Counted from the first letter of the stretch, positions 1-8,897 are shown. The stretch: DNA of 64,000 bases from an uncultured Candidatus Saccharibacteria bacterium (GCA_964615725.1 CAZTPW010000002.1:5656-69655); one strand, 5' to 3'. The notes: generated by a model not told the origin, from the letters alone. A program made the numbers and translations.

Positions 1-99
1 TTCGAACTCCACCGGCTTCATCAGTGGATTGCTTCAATCGGAGGCACCGCCTACGGTCTTCCTTGGTGGCCTTCTGCTCCAGTATTCGCCACCTCGTAG
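1..99 (+). CDS. possible 3' end of a gene entering the window (…FELHRLHQWIASIGGTAYGLPWWPSAPVFATS*)
   Basis: Open frame from base 1 to TAG at 97-99, followed by a hairpin; too short to assign. Confidence 0.3.
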   Translation, partial: FELHRLHQWIASIGGTAYGLPWWPSAPVFATS

Positions 100-112
100 T
101 TTGCATGGTTTC

Positions 113-140
113 AAAAAGGGCGCCCACTGCGGGCGCCCTT
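113..140 (-). terminator. intrinsic terminator for 161..679
   Basis: aagggcgccc-actgc-gggcgccctt perfect stem; A-run at 113-117 is a U-tract on the minus strand. Confidence 0.75.
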
Positions 141-160
141 GATCATATTGTCAAAATTTG

Positions 161-679
161 TCAGAAAACCACCGCATGAGCCGGAGGCTTTTCCAAACCC
201 TCGAATGCATTTTGCAGATCATACATGGTGATATGGTTGATGTCTCGGTTTCCCTCACAATTCCAGTGGGTGTGGGAACTCCCAATAGTTCCATAGACCA
301 TCGCCGCTTGCGTTTTGAAGGTGAGGTTGAGGACGGTACCAACAACGAAATCATTTGTTGAGGGTGAGTCACCGATAATGGTGCGGGTGAGGGTGATCAC
401 CGAGCTCGATGATTGAAAGTGTACAGTGATAGTCTTGCTTTGTTGGAAACACATCACCATTCCATGGCTTGTCTGCCAAGCGATACGGTTCGGTCGAGCC
501 ACATGGTTTGTGGCCTCAGTACTTTTTTCAAGCAACGGCAATTGAGCCTTGCTTCCATGTGACCACTTTGGTAGGAGTACGAATGTTAAAAGGCCTAATA
601 TGGCCAAGGCCATAAAGCCAGCGACAAAAAGGCCGCCATTTCCACCGGTTGGGACACTGCCCATGGTATTTCGATGCAT
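161..679 (-). CDS. hypothetical membrane-anchored protein (ORFan)
   Basis: 172-aa ORF with one N-terminal hydrophobic helix; own promoter-like region (TTGCTT…TATTGT) and terminator. Confidence 0.65.
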   Translation of the reverse strand: MHRNTMGSVPTGGNGGLFVAGFMALAILGLLTFVLLPKWSHGSKAQLPLLEKSTEATNHVARPNRIAWQTSHGMVMCFQQSKTITVHFQSSSSVITLTRTIIGDSPSTNDFVVGTVLNLTFKTQAAMVYGTIGSSHTHWNCEGNRDINHITMYDLQNAFEGLEKPPAHAVVF

Positions 680-783
680 ATCAGTAGTTTTTGGTTTTGA
701 GTGTGCGAAAGGTCATTAAAAACAATACCACACTTTTTTATAAAAGCAAGTATTTTGGAGAACTATAGCGCTTTTTTAGAATT

Positions 784-1365
784 CTAATCTTTTCTTAAAT
801 CAGCCACCATAACATGCCATTTCAATCCTGAAGTTGCGGTATAGGTCCCAATATCACTTAGATATTTATGTACCGCGCGCGACGTGGTATTTGTGTCTTC
901 AATTTCACCCACACCAAGTTCAAACCCAAAATCTTTGAGTGCGGATTGCGCACTTACATGAAGTCGATTGAAAGTCATTCCATTTCTGAATTTTTTAGCT
1001 ATGCAAATCTGTGCAAGTATTGCGTATCGATAGTCCCCAAGAGGTTTTTCCTCATAGGTCATCCTCTCTGCATTTTCCACAAGTTCACGTTCAAAGGGGA
1101 TTGATAGCGCGAGTTCTTTACTCATGGTCATGAGATATCCTTTTAGTTCAGTTCCTTGAAGACTTAGATAAATTCCTGTGTCATGAATAATTTTTTCTAA
1201 CTCAACAGTGGTTGGTTCATAATAAAGAAAACCATCACTTTTTTCTTCTTGAGTTAGGTTTTTTGCAAGATTTTCTCTTAACAAGGAAAATATAATCGGG
1301 ATATCATGTATCTCAGCTTTTCTTAAAATGTTTTCGTTAGGTTTTTTAGACTCAAATGAATTCAT
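784..1365 (-). CDS. GNAT-family acetyltransferase
   Basis: LRKAEIHDIPII start motif, QICIAKKFRNG motif A, N..S..H motif B; start moved to MNSFESK because the longer ORF runs through tRNA sequence. Confidence 0.8.
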   Translation of the reverse strand: MNSFESKKPNENILRKAEIHDIPIIFSLLRENLAKNLTQEEKSDGFLYYEPTTVELEKIIHDTGIYLSLQGTELKGYLMTMSKELALSIPFERELVENAERMTYEEKPLGDYRYAILAQICIAKKFRNGMTFNRLHVSAQSALKDFGFELGVGEIEDTNTTSRAVHKYLSDIGTYTATSGLKWHVMVADLRKD

Positions 1366-1383
1366 AGAATTTATCAATATTTT

Positions 1384-1424
1384 GTCCGCCCTCTTGGATT
1401 CGAACCAAGGACCGCCGAGGTATA
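1384..1424 (-). repeat. 41-bp direct duplicate of the 3' half of tRNA-Ile (att-like)
   Basis: gtccgccctcttggattcgaaccaaggaccgccgaggtata vs 1464-1504, one mismatch. Confidence 0.95.
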
Positions 1425-1464
1425 CTTCGTATCGGCTCTGCGCTCGCACCTCTGAAAAATCACG

Positions 1465-1538
1465 TCCACCCTCTTGGATTCGAACCAAGGACCGCCGAGG
1501 TATAAGCTCGGTGCTCTAGCCAACTGAGCTAAGGGTGG
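1465..1538 (-). tRNA. tRNA-Ile (anticodon UAU)
   Basis: Cloverleaf CCACCCT-TAGCTCAGTTGGCTAGAGC-A-CCGAG-CT-TAT-AC-CTCGG…CTTGG-TTCGAAT-CCAAG-AGGGTGG-A; no encoded CCA. Confidence 0.93.
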
Positions 1539-1647
1539 ACGTCATTTTTCAAGGCGCTCGTTTGAGCCAATAAGCTCGTTGCGTAAGCCACCATCGCTAA
1601 GGCGGATATGGCTACAAACTATCGCAATGTAAGCCTACCGTATTTTC

Positions 1648-1778
1648 TTGACACCGTCTATTCTGCCGACTAGCATTGGGTTACCATGGTAGCCTTTCAT
1701 GTTGGGTAATGGCCGATTGGTCCTGGCACTGTTGCCTTGTAGGAGGGTGGGTGATACGTCACCGCCCTCTATTTTTTT
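1648..1778 (+). ncRNA. candidate small RNA (~90 nt) with its own sigma70 promoter and terminator
   Basis: TTGACA(1648)-17-TAGCAT(1671); G:U-containing stems; terminator gagggtgggtga-tacg-tcaccgccctc followed by a T-tract on +. Confidence 0.5.
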
Positions 1779-1785
1779 ATCTAGC

Positions 1786-3942
1786 TTATTCAAAATGAAT
1801 CTCGTCTTTTTGATGGGCGATATGTGAAGCCAACTTCGGATAGTCTGAGAGGGTAGGGTCTTCATGAATAATGCGTGCAGCTTCGGTCCTTGCGGCTTCT
1901 ACCATTTTAATATTTTTGATGCCTTCCATCGCAAGGTCGGAGAGACCCCATTGTCGACGACCATAGAGTTCGCCTGCGCCACGAAGCATAAGGTCTTGCT
2001 CAGCAAGCTCGAAACCATTTTTTGCTGTGATGAGTGCCTTGAGACGGTCGACAGTCTTCTGACTTTTTGTCTCTGCAAAAAGATAACAGTAAGGTTGATG
2101 CGTTCCTCGAATCACTCGACCGCGAAGCTGGTGAAGTTGTGAGAGGCCAAATCGCTCAGCGCCCTCGATAACGATTACGGTGGCATTCGGTACGTTTACA
2201 CCGACTTCAACCACTGATGTGGCAACGAGAATATCTGTCTTGTGTGCAGAAAAATCAGCCATAATCTCATCTTTTTCTTTTGCCGACATTTTGCTGTGAA
2301 GAATGTCGATTGTGTATTCTTTGAAAATATCACGCTGGAGTCGTTCTGCTTCTTCGGTGACTGATTTTGCATTGAGTGAACCTTCTTTGTCGGGATCGGG
2401 TTCGTAAATGCGAGGGCAAATGATATATGCTTGTCGACCTTCTTTGAGAAGTGCTCGAATGTGTTCGTAGACTTTTTCACGGTTATTAGGCCAGACCATT
2501 TCAGTGATGACAGGTTTTCGTCCGAGGGGCATTTGGTCAAGTAGGGTAATATCAAGATCGCCGTACACCGTCAGTGCGAGCGTTCGCGGAATCGGAGTCG
2601 CCGTCATCGAAAGGAGGTGTGGTGCTCGCCCGTCTTTGCGGGCGAGCTTCTGTCTCTGTGCTGTTCCGAAACGATGTTGCTCATCAATCACTACATACGC
2701 AAGATTTTTAAACTTCACTTCTTTTTGAATGAGCGCATGCGTCCCAATCAAAATCGGAATCTCGCCATTTGCCACCCATTTCAAAAGCTGAGTCCTCGAA
2801 ATATCAGTGAAGCCCTCAGGATTTACCTTTGAAGGAAATTTCTTGCAACCACTCCCAGTAATCAGTCCAATCTGAATCGGCAAATGACGGAAATATTTTA
2901 TAAAAGACTCATAGTGTTGCTTTGCGAGAATCTCAGTCGGCGCCATGTATGCGACTTGGAGTGTCCCAAAATCCTGACCACGCGGTCGAGTGGTGACAAT
3001 AGCGAATGCGGTCGAAGCAGCCACCGCAGTCTTTCCTGAACCGACATCCCCCTCGAGAAGTCGCGACATTGGCGAACTTTTTGAAAAATCAGCGAGGATC
3101 GTCTCAATCGCTCGTGCCTGCGCAGGTGTTTCTTTGAAGGGGAAGCGATCGACAAATTCGCGAATATCTTCGGGTTGTTTCTCAATCGAAAACGCATTCT
3201 GTTCTTCGTAGATCCGACGTTGCATTTGCTTGCGAAGCTGGATCATAAAAATCTCCTCAAAAGCGAAACGTTTCCGTGCAACATCAGCGTCCTGCATTTT
3301 TTGCGGTCCATGAATCCAGACCAGTGCTGTGCGGAGTGATGGTAAGTGATACTGCTCCAAAATCTCCGCGGGGATCGCATCATCTAAAGAATCCAAAAAA
3401 CTCGGCGTCAAAATCTTCTGAATCGCATGATAGATCCAATTCGACGTCACGCCCTTCGACTCCGGATACACAGGATAGAGAATATCTTTCTGACCTTCGC
3501 TTCCAAAGAGGGAATTACCAACACCGATCGGTAACGTCGTCACAACCTCGATCTTCGGATTGCTCATATAAAGCTCACCCTTTCTCTCAGAAATCTTACC
3601 CTCAGCACGCACAAAGCTCTCTTCAGAAATCATCTTCGCGAGATACGGTTGATGAAACCACACCGCCTTGATCGACGAGCTCTGGTCGGTGATCACTGCA
3701 TCGGCCATTGCGATCCTCGTGCGAAAGCCTTTCGATGTTTTGAGTTTGGTGATTTTTCCGAAAATAATTGCAGCATCGCCCTTCTTCAAAGAGGCAATAC
3801 TTTGCACTGAAGCCGTATCGCCATACCGGACAGGGAAATGATAGAGCAAGTCCTCGATCGTCTTGATACCGAGCTTGGTCAAGGCTTTGAGGTGAGCCTC
3901 ATCGAGTCGGCCGATTTCTTTGATAGGTGAATGCAGATTCAT
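1786..3942 (-). CDS. recG: ATP-dependent DNA helicase RecG
   Basis: Wedge domain, GDVGSGKT, DEQHRFG, SMTATPIPRTL, QLHQLRGRV; start MNLHSPIK 8 nt after TACAAT. Confidence 0.97.
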   Translation of the reverse strand: MNLHSPIKEIGRLDEAHLKALTKLGIKTIEDLLYHFPVRYGDTASVQSIASLKKGDAAIIFGKITKLKTSKGFRTRIAMADAVITDQSSSIKAVWFHQPYLAKMISEESFVRAEGKISERKGELYMSNPKIEVVTTLPIGVGNSLFGSEGQKDILYPVYPESKGVTSNWIYHAIQKILTPSFLDSLDDAIPAEILEQYHLPSLRTALVWIHGPQKMQDADVARKRFAFEEIFMIQLRKQMQRRIYEEQNAFSIEKQPEDIREFVDRFPFKETPAQARAIETILADFSKSSPMSRLLEGDVGSGKTAVAASTAFAIVTTRPRGQDFGTLQVAYMAPTEILAKQHYESFIKYFRHLPIQIGLITGSGCKKFPSKVNPEGFTDISRTQLLKWVANGEIPILIGTHALIQKEVKFKNLAYVVIDEQHRFGTAQRQKLARKDGRAPHLLSMTATPIPRTLALTVYGDLDITLLDQMPLGRKPVITEMVWPNNREKVYEHIRALLKEGRQAYIICPRIYEPDPDKEGSLNAKSVTEEAERLQRDIFKEYTIDILHSKMSAKEKDEIMADFSAHKTDILVATSVVEVGVNVPNATVIVIEGAERFGLSQLHQLRGRVIRGTHQPYCYLFAETKSQKTVDRLKALITAKNGFELAEQDLMLRGAGELYGRRQWGLSDLAMEGIKNIKMVEAARTEAARIIHEDPTLSDYPKLASHIAHQKDEIHFE

Positions 3943-4025
3943 GTGTGGATATTGTAGCGAAAATACCTTTGAAAAGATATTCAAAAAAGTTGGAATTTGA
4001 TGGTCATATCGATTACAATGCATAT

Positions 4026-4499
4026 ATGAATTCAAAACGCATTATCGGAATCGTTATCGGTATTATTATAATTCTTATCGGAGTGGCGTTTGCGACTCGC
4101 AACCCACAGTCATCATCGACAGATTCTCGTGAGACGGTGCCGGTCATTCCAGCTACTAATGACCAAGCAACCACAACCACTCCTATCAAAGCAACAAGTA
4201 CTCCAGTAAAACCACCCCCAAAACCAACCCCTAAACCAGAAACTCCCGGCATGAATACACCCAATCCTATTACCATGGCAGAAATTGCACAGCACAACAC
4301 AAGCCAGAGCTGTTACTCAGCTATCAATGGTCGAGTCTACAATCTCACCGCATGGATCACGAAGCACCCTGGTGGGTCAGCTCGTATTCTCAAAATCTGT
4401 GGCAAAGATGGAAGTTCAGCATTCAATGCTGAGCACGGTGGTGAGAGCAAACCAGAGGCAATTCTTTCAGAGTATTTTATTGGCGTTCTTAAACAATAA
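4026..4499 (+). CDS. membrane-anchored cytochrome b5-like heme-binding protein
   Basis: N-terminal TM, Pro/Thr linker, EIAQHNT..SC…VYNLT.WI..HPGG…F…H. Confidence 0.9.
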   Translation: MNSKRIIGIVIGIIIILIGVAFATRNPQSSSTDSRETVPVIPATNDQATTTTPIKATSTPVKPPPKPTPKPETPGMNTPNPITMAEIAQHNTSQSCYSAINGRVYNLTAWITKHPGGSARILKICGKDGSSAFNAEHGGESKPEAILSEYFIGVLKQ

Positions 4500-4508
4500 A
4501 CAATCACA

Positions 4509-5045
4509 ATGAATAGTTCAAAAATTGGAATTATTGTCGCACTTCTCGTCATCGCACTTGGCGGCTGGCTTTGGTATCGTGGTGGAACACAAAAGACCAC
4601 GGAGCAAAATCTCGCTGGCGGTACAATGCTTGCGGGCGATGAATACCATGACAATGGCATGGTAGGAGGGGATGCAGTTGTTGATGATGAATATGTTGTG
4701 GATGACGATACTGATACAGGTGGCGATGGAAATGCAGTAGAAACGGTTGATCTCACTCAAGAGGTTGGCACGACAAAGACTGTCACGGTCAAGGGTGGTA
4801 ATTTCTTCTTTACTCCATCAGTGATCAAGGTGAAAAAGGGCGATACCGTCAAAGTTACCTTTGATAACGTTGGTGGCACTCATGATTTTAAGATTGATGC
4901 ATTCAAAGCATCCACAAAAAAGATTGGCAGCGGAGCGACGGAAACGATTTCCTTTGTTGCAAGCAAGACGGGAAGTTTCGAATACTATTGCTCGGTAGGA
5001 AACCACCGAGGAATGGGCATGAAAGGTACGCTTATTGTAGAGTAG
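4509..5045 (+). CDS. membrane-anchored cupredoxin (plastocyanin/azurin family)
   Basis: N-terminal TM, acidic linker, type-1 Cu ligands H(GTHDF)…YYCSVGNHRGMGM. Confidence 0.92.
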   Translation: MNSSKIGIIVALLVIALGGWLWYRGGTQKTTEQNLAGGTMLAGDEYHDNGMVGGDAVVDDEYVVDDDTDTGGDGNAVETVDLTQEVGTTKTVTVKGGNFFFTPSVIKVKKGDTVKVTFDNVGGTHDFKIDAFKASTKKIGSGATETISFVASKTGSFEYYCSVGNHRGMGMKGTLIVE

Positions 5046-5069
5046 GGGCGCTTGGTGTAGCATTACACC

Positions 5070-5630
5070 ATGAATTCATACAATCGTTACATTCTCCCAG
5101 CAATCGGTATTATTGTTGTAATCGCAGTTATTTGGGGCGGTATTTACAGTTCTCGTGGCGGTGAGGTTGTTCAAACCCCCACAAATAATCAACCTCAGAA
5201 AAAAGTAACCTACAATCCACAAGTGAAAAAAGCGACGCCACCAGCGCCTCTAGCAAGTGGATGCGGACTTACTATTACCGCTCCTGAAAATGGTGCCCAG
5301 GCAGTTTTTCCTTTGACTATCACCGGCAAGGTAAACAATGTCATGGCAAAAACAACGGGTTGCGGCTGGACTATTTTTGAAGGTCAGGCTGGTACTGCTC
5401 AGCTCTATCTGAGCTATATCAATGACACATGGATTCCTGTCGAAGGCTCTTCAGCCGTAGTGAAGGTCGTTGGCGATGTTGGCACGACGACAAGTGTGAA
5501 GACGGTGATCAATTTTGATAATAAAAAATATGGCTTGCCAGCAAAGAGCAAGATGAGAATTGTCTTTTATGAAGAGGATGCGAAGGGGGATGGAAGTGGG
5601 GATCGGGTGAATCTGGATTTGATGTTTTAG
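5070..5630 (+). CDS. membrane-anchored protein with Gmad2-like Ig domain
   Basis: N-terminal TM; ITAPENGA..FPLTITG…FEG pattern. Confidence 0.6.
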   Translation: MNSYNRYILPAIGIIVVIAVIWGGIYSSRGGEVVQTPTNNQPQKKVTYNPQVKKATPPAPLASGCGLTITAPENGAQAVFPLTITGKVNNVMAKTTGCGWTIFEGQAGTAQLYLSYINDTWIPVEGSSAVVKVVGDVGTTTSVKTVINFDNKKYGLPAKSKMRIVFYEEDAKGDGSGDRVNLDLMF

Positions 5631-6223
5631 GACACTTTCCGAGCAATAAAATTGAGGTAGTTTTTTGAACCGGGCTTGAACTGCTCAAAGTAAATAATTT
5701 CAAAACCGTGATGTACTAGGGCCTGTTCGAGTTCGGCTTTAGTATAAAAAGTAAACCAACGAGGTAGATTTACTCCAGAACTCTCACGGTAGCCTTCGAA
5801 ATCTCCCTCAATCATTCCAAGACCAAAAATCCCCTGGGGCGCGAGCACTCGATGAATCTCATCAAGCGCTTTCGATAGGTCTTTTTTAGGGATGTGAAGA
5901 AGTGAAGTGTAAGCCCACACACCTTGAAAGGTGGTGTTGGGAAACGGAAGCGCCAGAAAATCACCCTGAATTGCTTTGAGACCTCGCTCGGCGCAGAGTC
6001 TCACCATTGTCTCTGAGGCATCGATGCACGTAACACTGAGCCCTCTCGCTTGGAGAAGGAGGCCGTCACGACCAGGGCCACTTCCAAGGTCGAGAACTGA
6101 TCCGGTGGTTTTCTGTGTAAAGGTGTCGAGAATAGTGTGGGGGAAGCGCTCCCAGAAGTCGATCGTTTCTTGGTCGTAGTCGTGTGCGAGTTTGTTGTAG
6201 GTGGTTATGGTGAGGGGGTCCAT
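5627..6223 (-). CDS. class I SAM-dependent methyltransferase
   Basis: VLDLGSGPGRD motif I; GVWAYTSLLH. Confidence 0.92.
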   Translation of the reverse strand: MDPLTITTYNKLAHDYDQETIDFWERFPHTILDTFTQKTTGSVLDLGSGPGRDGLLLQARGLSVTCIDASETMVRLCAERGLKAIQGDFLALPFPNTTFQGVWAYTSLLHIPKKDLSKALDEIHRVLAPQGIFGLGMIEGDFEGYRESSGVNLPRWFTFYTKAELEQALVHHGFEIIYFEQFKPGSKNYLNFIARKVS

Positions 6224-6259
6224 TTTTATCAGTGATACGTATAGAGTTTTTAATCGATA

Positions 6260-6685
6260 TTATTTCTTTGGATTAAATTCCACCGTCCACTCGATGCCAT
6301 ATTTGTCTCGAAACATTGCAAAGTAAGTGCCCCAAGGACTTTCTCCCATTGGCATTTCGACTGAACCGCCCGCTGAGAGTCCGTTGAAAATCTTTTCAGC
6401 TTCTTCTTTGCCGTCTGCGGTGACTGCGATTTTAGATCGATTTTCGTTTTCGTTGACTCGGCCCATTGCTTCTGGGATGTCATTTGCGATCAAGGTGTTG
6501 TGGCCGATAGGGAGGGCGATGCGGAGGATTTTCTCTGCTTCCTTTTCAGGTACGGGGAAGTCAGCGCTTGCGATATCTTTGAAGTGAGTGATGTTGGAGA
6601 ATTCGCCGCCAAAAACGGATTTGTAAAAAGTGAAGGCTTCGAAGGCGTTGCCGTTGAAGTTGATGTAGGGGTTTATTGATGCCAT
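6260..6685 (-). CDS. VOC/PhnB (glyoxalase-like) protein
   Basis: INPYINFNGNA.EAF.FYKSVFGG…WG.YFAMFRDKYGIEW. Confidence 0.93.
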   Translation of the reverse strand: MASINPYINFNGNAFEAFTFYKSVFGGEFSNITHFKDIASADFPVPEKEAEKILRIALPIGHNTLIANDIPEAMGRVNENENRSKIAVTADGKEEAEKIFNGLSAGGSVEMPMGESPWGTYFAMFRDKYGIEWTVEFNPKK

Positions 6686-6735
6686 AGTTGAAAGTATAGA
6701 CTGGTTTGATAATTAGACAAGGCTAAATCATGAAA

Positions 6736-6898
6736 GGGATTCGGTCACGGATAATTTTCTCGCCGTCGCTCGAAAATTTCCGCGACCCCGCCTCGCGGTT
6801 CGTCCTGCTAGACTCACAATCGCTGCGGCTTTCTCATCTACCCCCTCTTCTCGACGAACAAAAAATGTCTCACAATTTTGTGAGACATTTTTTGTTCG
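6736..6898 (-). repeat. tRNA-associated structured element (copy behind tRNA-Ser)
   Basis: Long hairpin 6855-6898, degenerate inverted T-arm copy, conserved core shared with 38497-38580, ending in direct T-arm copy CGAATCCC. Confidence 0.8.
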
Positions 6899-6988
6899 TG
6901 GCGGAAGGGGGGGGATTCGAACCCCCGAGGCCGTTTAAAGCCTACAGCTTTAGCAAAGCTGCACGATAGACCGCTCTGACACCCCTCC
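6899..6988 (-). tRNA. tRNA-Ser (GCU)
   Basis: GGAGGGG…CAGCT-TT-GCT-AA-AGCTG, long variable arm, GGTTCGAATCC, CCA encoded. Confidence 0.95.
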
Positions 6989-7023
6989 ATGGGCGTTAGA
7001 TTATCACAATTTATATGATTATT

Positions 7024-7758
7024 CTAGTGCGCGAGACAGAGTGCAATAACACGCTTGGCGCCAGCGCGAATGAGGGTTGCACGCATTTCATGGACCGTAC
7101 TTCCTGTAGTGTAGACATCATCAACAAGCAGAATTGTTGCCCCTGTGATTTTCTGAGAATTGGTGACGGTAAACGCACCCTTGAGATTTTTGAGCCGTGC
7201 TTCTCGGGTATCGGTCTGAGATTGTTTTTCAGTATCACGATTTTTCCGAAGAATGGTGGTGTCCACAAGATACGAATGCTCTGCACTAGGATCGCACCAT
7301 TGGCGGGTGAGCAAAAAATGAATTTGATTGTAGCCTCGCTCGCGAAGCCGTGAGGTGGAAATGGGCGCGGGTATGATGACGGTAGTACCAGCGAGATCGA
7401 AATGTTTTTTGAGGGCAAGAGAAAAACACTGAGCCAGAAGCTCTGCGATGGCAGGATTTTTCATGTATTTGAGCTGGTGGATGGCTTCTGCTCCGAGTGG
7501 AGCTCGATAAGGGAAAAGCACGAGCACATCATCTTCAAGTGCGAGCCTCTCTTGCTTGTCTTGCCATTCGAGAAGGGCTTGGGGTGATACACCAAGCATT
7601 ACCTCTTCCAAAAACCGCGAGGCTTTGAGCGACTGGAGGTACTGAACAAGGAAAGGTTGCGGAAAAAGCAGGTCGAGAGCAAGCTTCCACAGTGTTCTGG
7701 ACCATTTCACGAGCCATGCACCAGCTTTTCCAGGCGGGGTGGGGAAAGACAGCGTCAT
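7024..7758 (-). CDS. comF: ComF family phosphoribosyltransferase-like competence protein
   Basis: RERGYNQ, R..NL.GAF, LLVDDVYTTGST; start uncertain (7758 preferred over 7782). Confidence 0.88.
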   Translation of the reverse strand: MTLSFPTPPGKAGAWLVKWSRTLWKLALDLLFPQPFLVQYLQSLKASRFLEEVMLGVSPQALLEWQDKQERLALEDDVLVLFPYRAPLGAEAIHQLKYMKNPAIAELLAQCFSLALKKHFDLAGTTVIIPAPISTSRLRERGYNQIHFLLTRQWCDPSAEHSYLVDTTILRKNRDTEKQSQTDTREARLKNLKGAFTVTNSQKITGATILLVDDVYTTGSTVHEMRATLIRAGAKRVIALCLAH

Positions 7759-7781
7759 ATATTGTTGATATAATTGTTCCA

Positions 7782-8897
7782 ATGCAAAATCCGTTCAAAT
7801 TTATTTTTAATAAAGGCACGGAGAGCGCCCTCGGTATTGATATTGGTCCATCATCAGTGAAGGTGGTGCAGATTGAGAAGCAGAAGGGGCGAGCCGTACT
7901 CAAAACGTACGGAGCTTTGTCGCTCGGACCCTATGCGGGAGTAGAAGTGGGGCGAGCCACACGACTACCAGTAGAGAAAGTCGCTGAAGCGATCAACGAC
8001 ATTTTGCGTGAAGCTAATACTACCACAAAACGCTGCGGTCTTTCTATTCCGATGTCGTCGAGTTTGGTGACCGTGATTGAAGTTCCTTCGGTTGATGAGA
8101 AAGAGCTTGCACAGATGATTCCTCTCGAGGCTCGAAAATATATTCCGATCCCTGTAGGAGAGGTGACACTCGACTGGTCTATCATTCCTCGGCAGGAAGT
8201 GGGTGTGTCAGAATTTGAAATGCCAACCGCAGACGGAGCTAAGCGTCAGCAAAAGACCACGGTGCTCCTCGTCGCTATTCACAACGAAGCCATCAGCTAC
8301 GCCCAGGAAATTGTGAAGCTCACTGGGCTTGAAGCGAGTTTTTTTGAAATTGAAATTTTCAGCACCATCAGATCTGTTTTGAATAAAGAAGTGGACCCTG
8401 TAATGATTCTCGACATGGGTGCGGGTTCGACAAAAATTTATATTATTGATCGGGGCGTATTGCGGGCGTCGCATATTATTGCGCGTGGAGCGCAGGATCT
8501 TACCTTGGCAGTGTCGAAAGCGTTGAGTATCACAGTGGACGAGGCAGAAAAAATTAAGCGCATGAAGGGTCTCACTGTAGGTCTCGACAACGAAGACGCC
8601 ATGGGTGTGATGAGCACCACTATCAACTACACCTTCTCAGAAATCAATCGCGTCCTTTTGAATTATCAGAAAAAATACAATAAAGGCATTTCAAAGGTTA
8701 TTTTGACCGGAGGTGGGGCAGTACTCAAAGGCTTTCTCGAAGTTGCAAAGCAAGAGCTTCAAGCTGATGTGGTCCTCGCAGACCCTTTCTCAAAAGTAGA
8801 AGCCCCAGCCTTTCTCGATAAAGTTTTGAAGCAATCAGGTCCTGAGTTTGTAGTCTCAGTAGGTCTCGCTCTCCGTCGCTTGATGGAGGAAAATTAG
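7782..8897 (+). CDS. pilM: type IV pilus assembly protein PilM
   Basis: GIDIGPSSVKVVQ, DMGAGST, ILTGGGA actin-like motifs. Confidence 0.95.
   Translation: MQNPFKFIFNKGTESALGIDIGPSSVKVVQIEKQKGRAVLKTYGALSLGPYAGVEVGRATRLPVEKVAEAINDILREANTTTKRCGLSIPMSSSLVTVIEVPSVDEKELAQMIPLEARKYIPIPVGEVTLDWSIIPRQEVGVSEFEMPTADGAKRQQKTTVLLVAIHNEAISYAQEIVKLTGLEASFFEIEIFSTIRSVLNKEVDPVMILDMGAGSTKIYIIDRGVLRASHIIARGAQDLTLAVSKALSITVDEAEKIKRMKGLTVGLDNEDAMGVMSTTINYTFSEINRVLLNYQKKYNKGISKVILTGGGAVLKGFLEVAKQELQADVVLADPFSKVEAPAFLDKVLKQSGPEFVVSVGLALRRLMEEN

Noticed and set aside
1366-1488. N-terminal extension of the GNAT ORF
   Set aside because: Overlaps the tRNA and its duplicate.
6730-6969. 79-aa ORF
   Set aside because: Antisense to tRNA-Ser and the repeat element.
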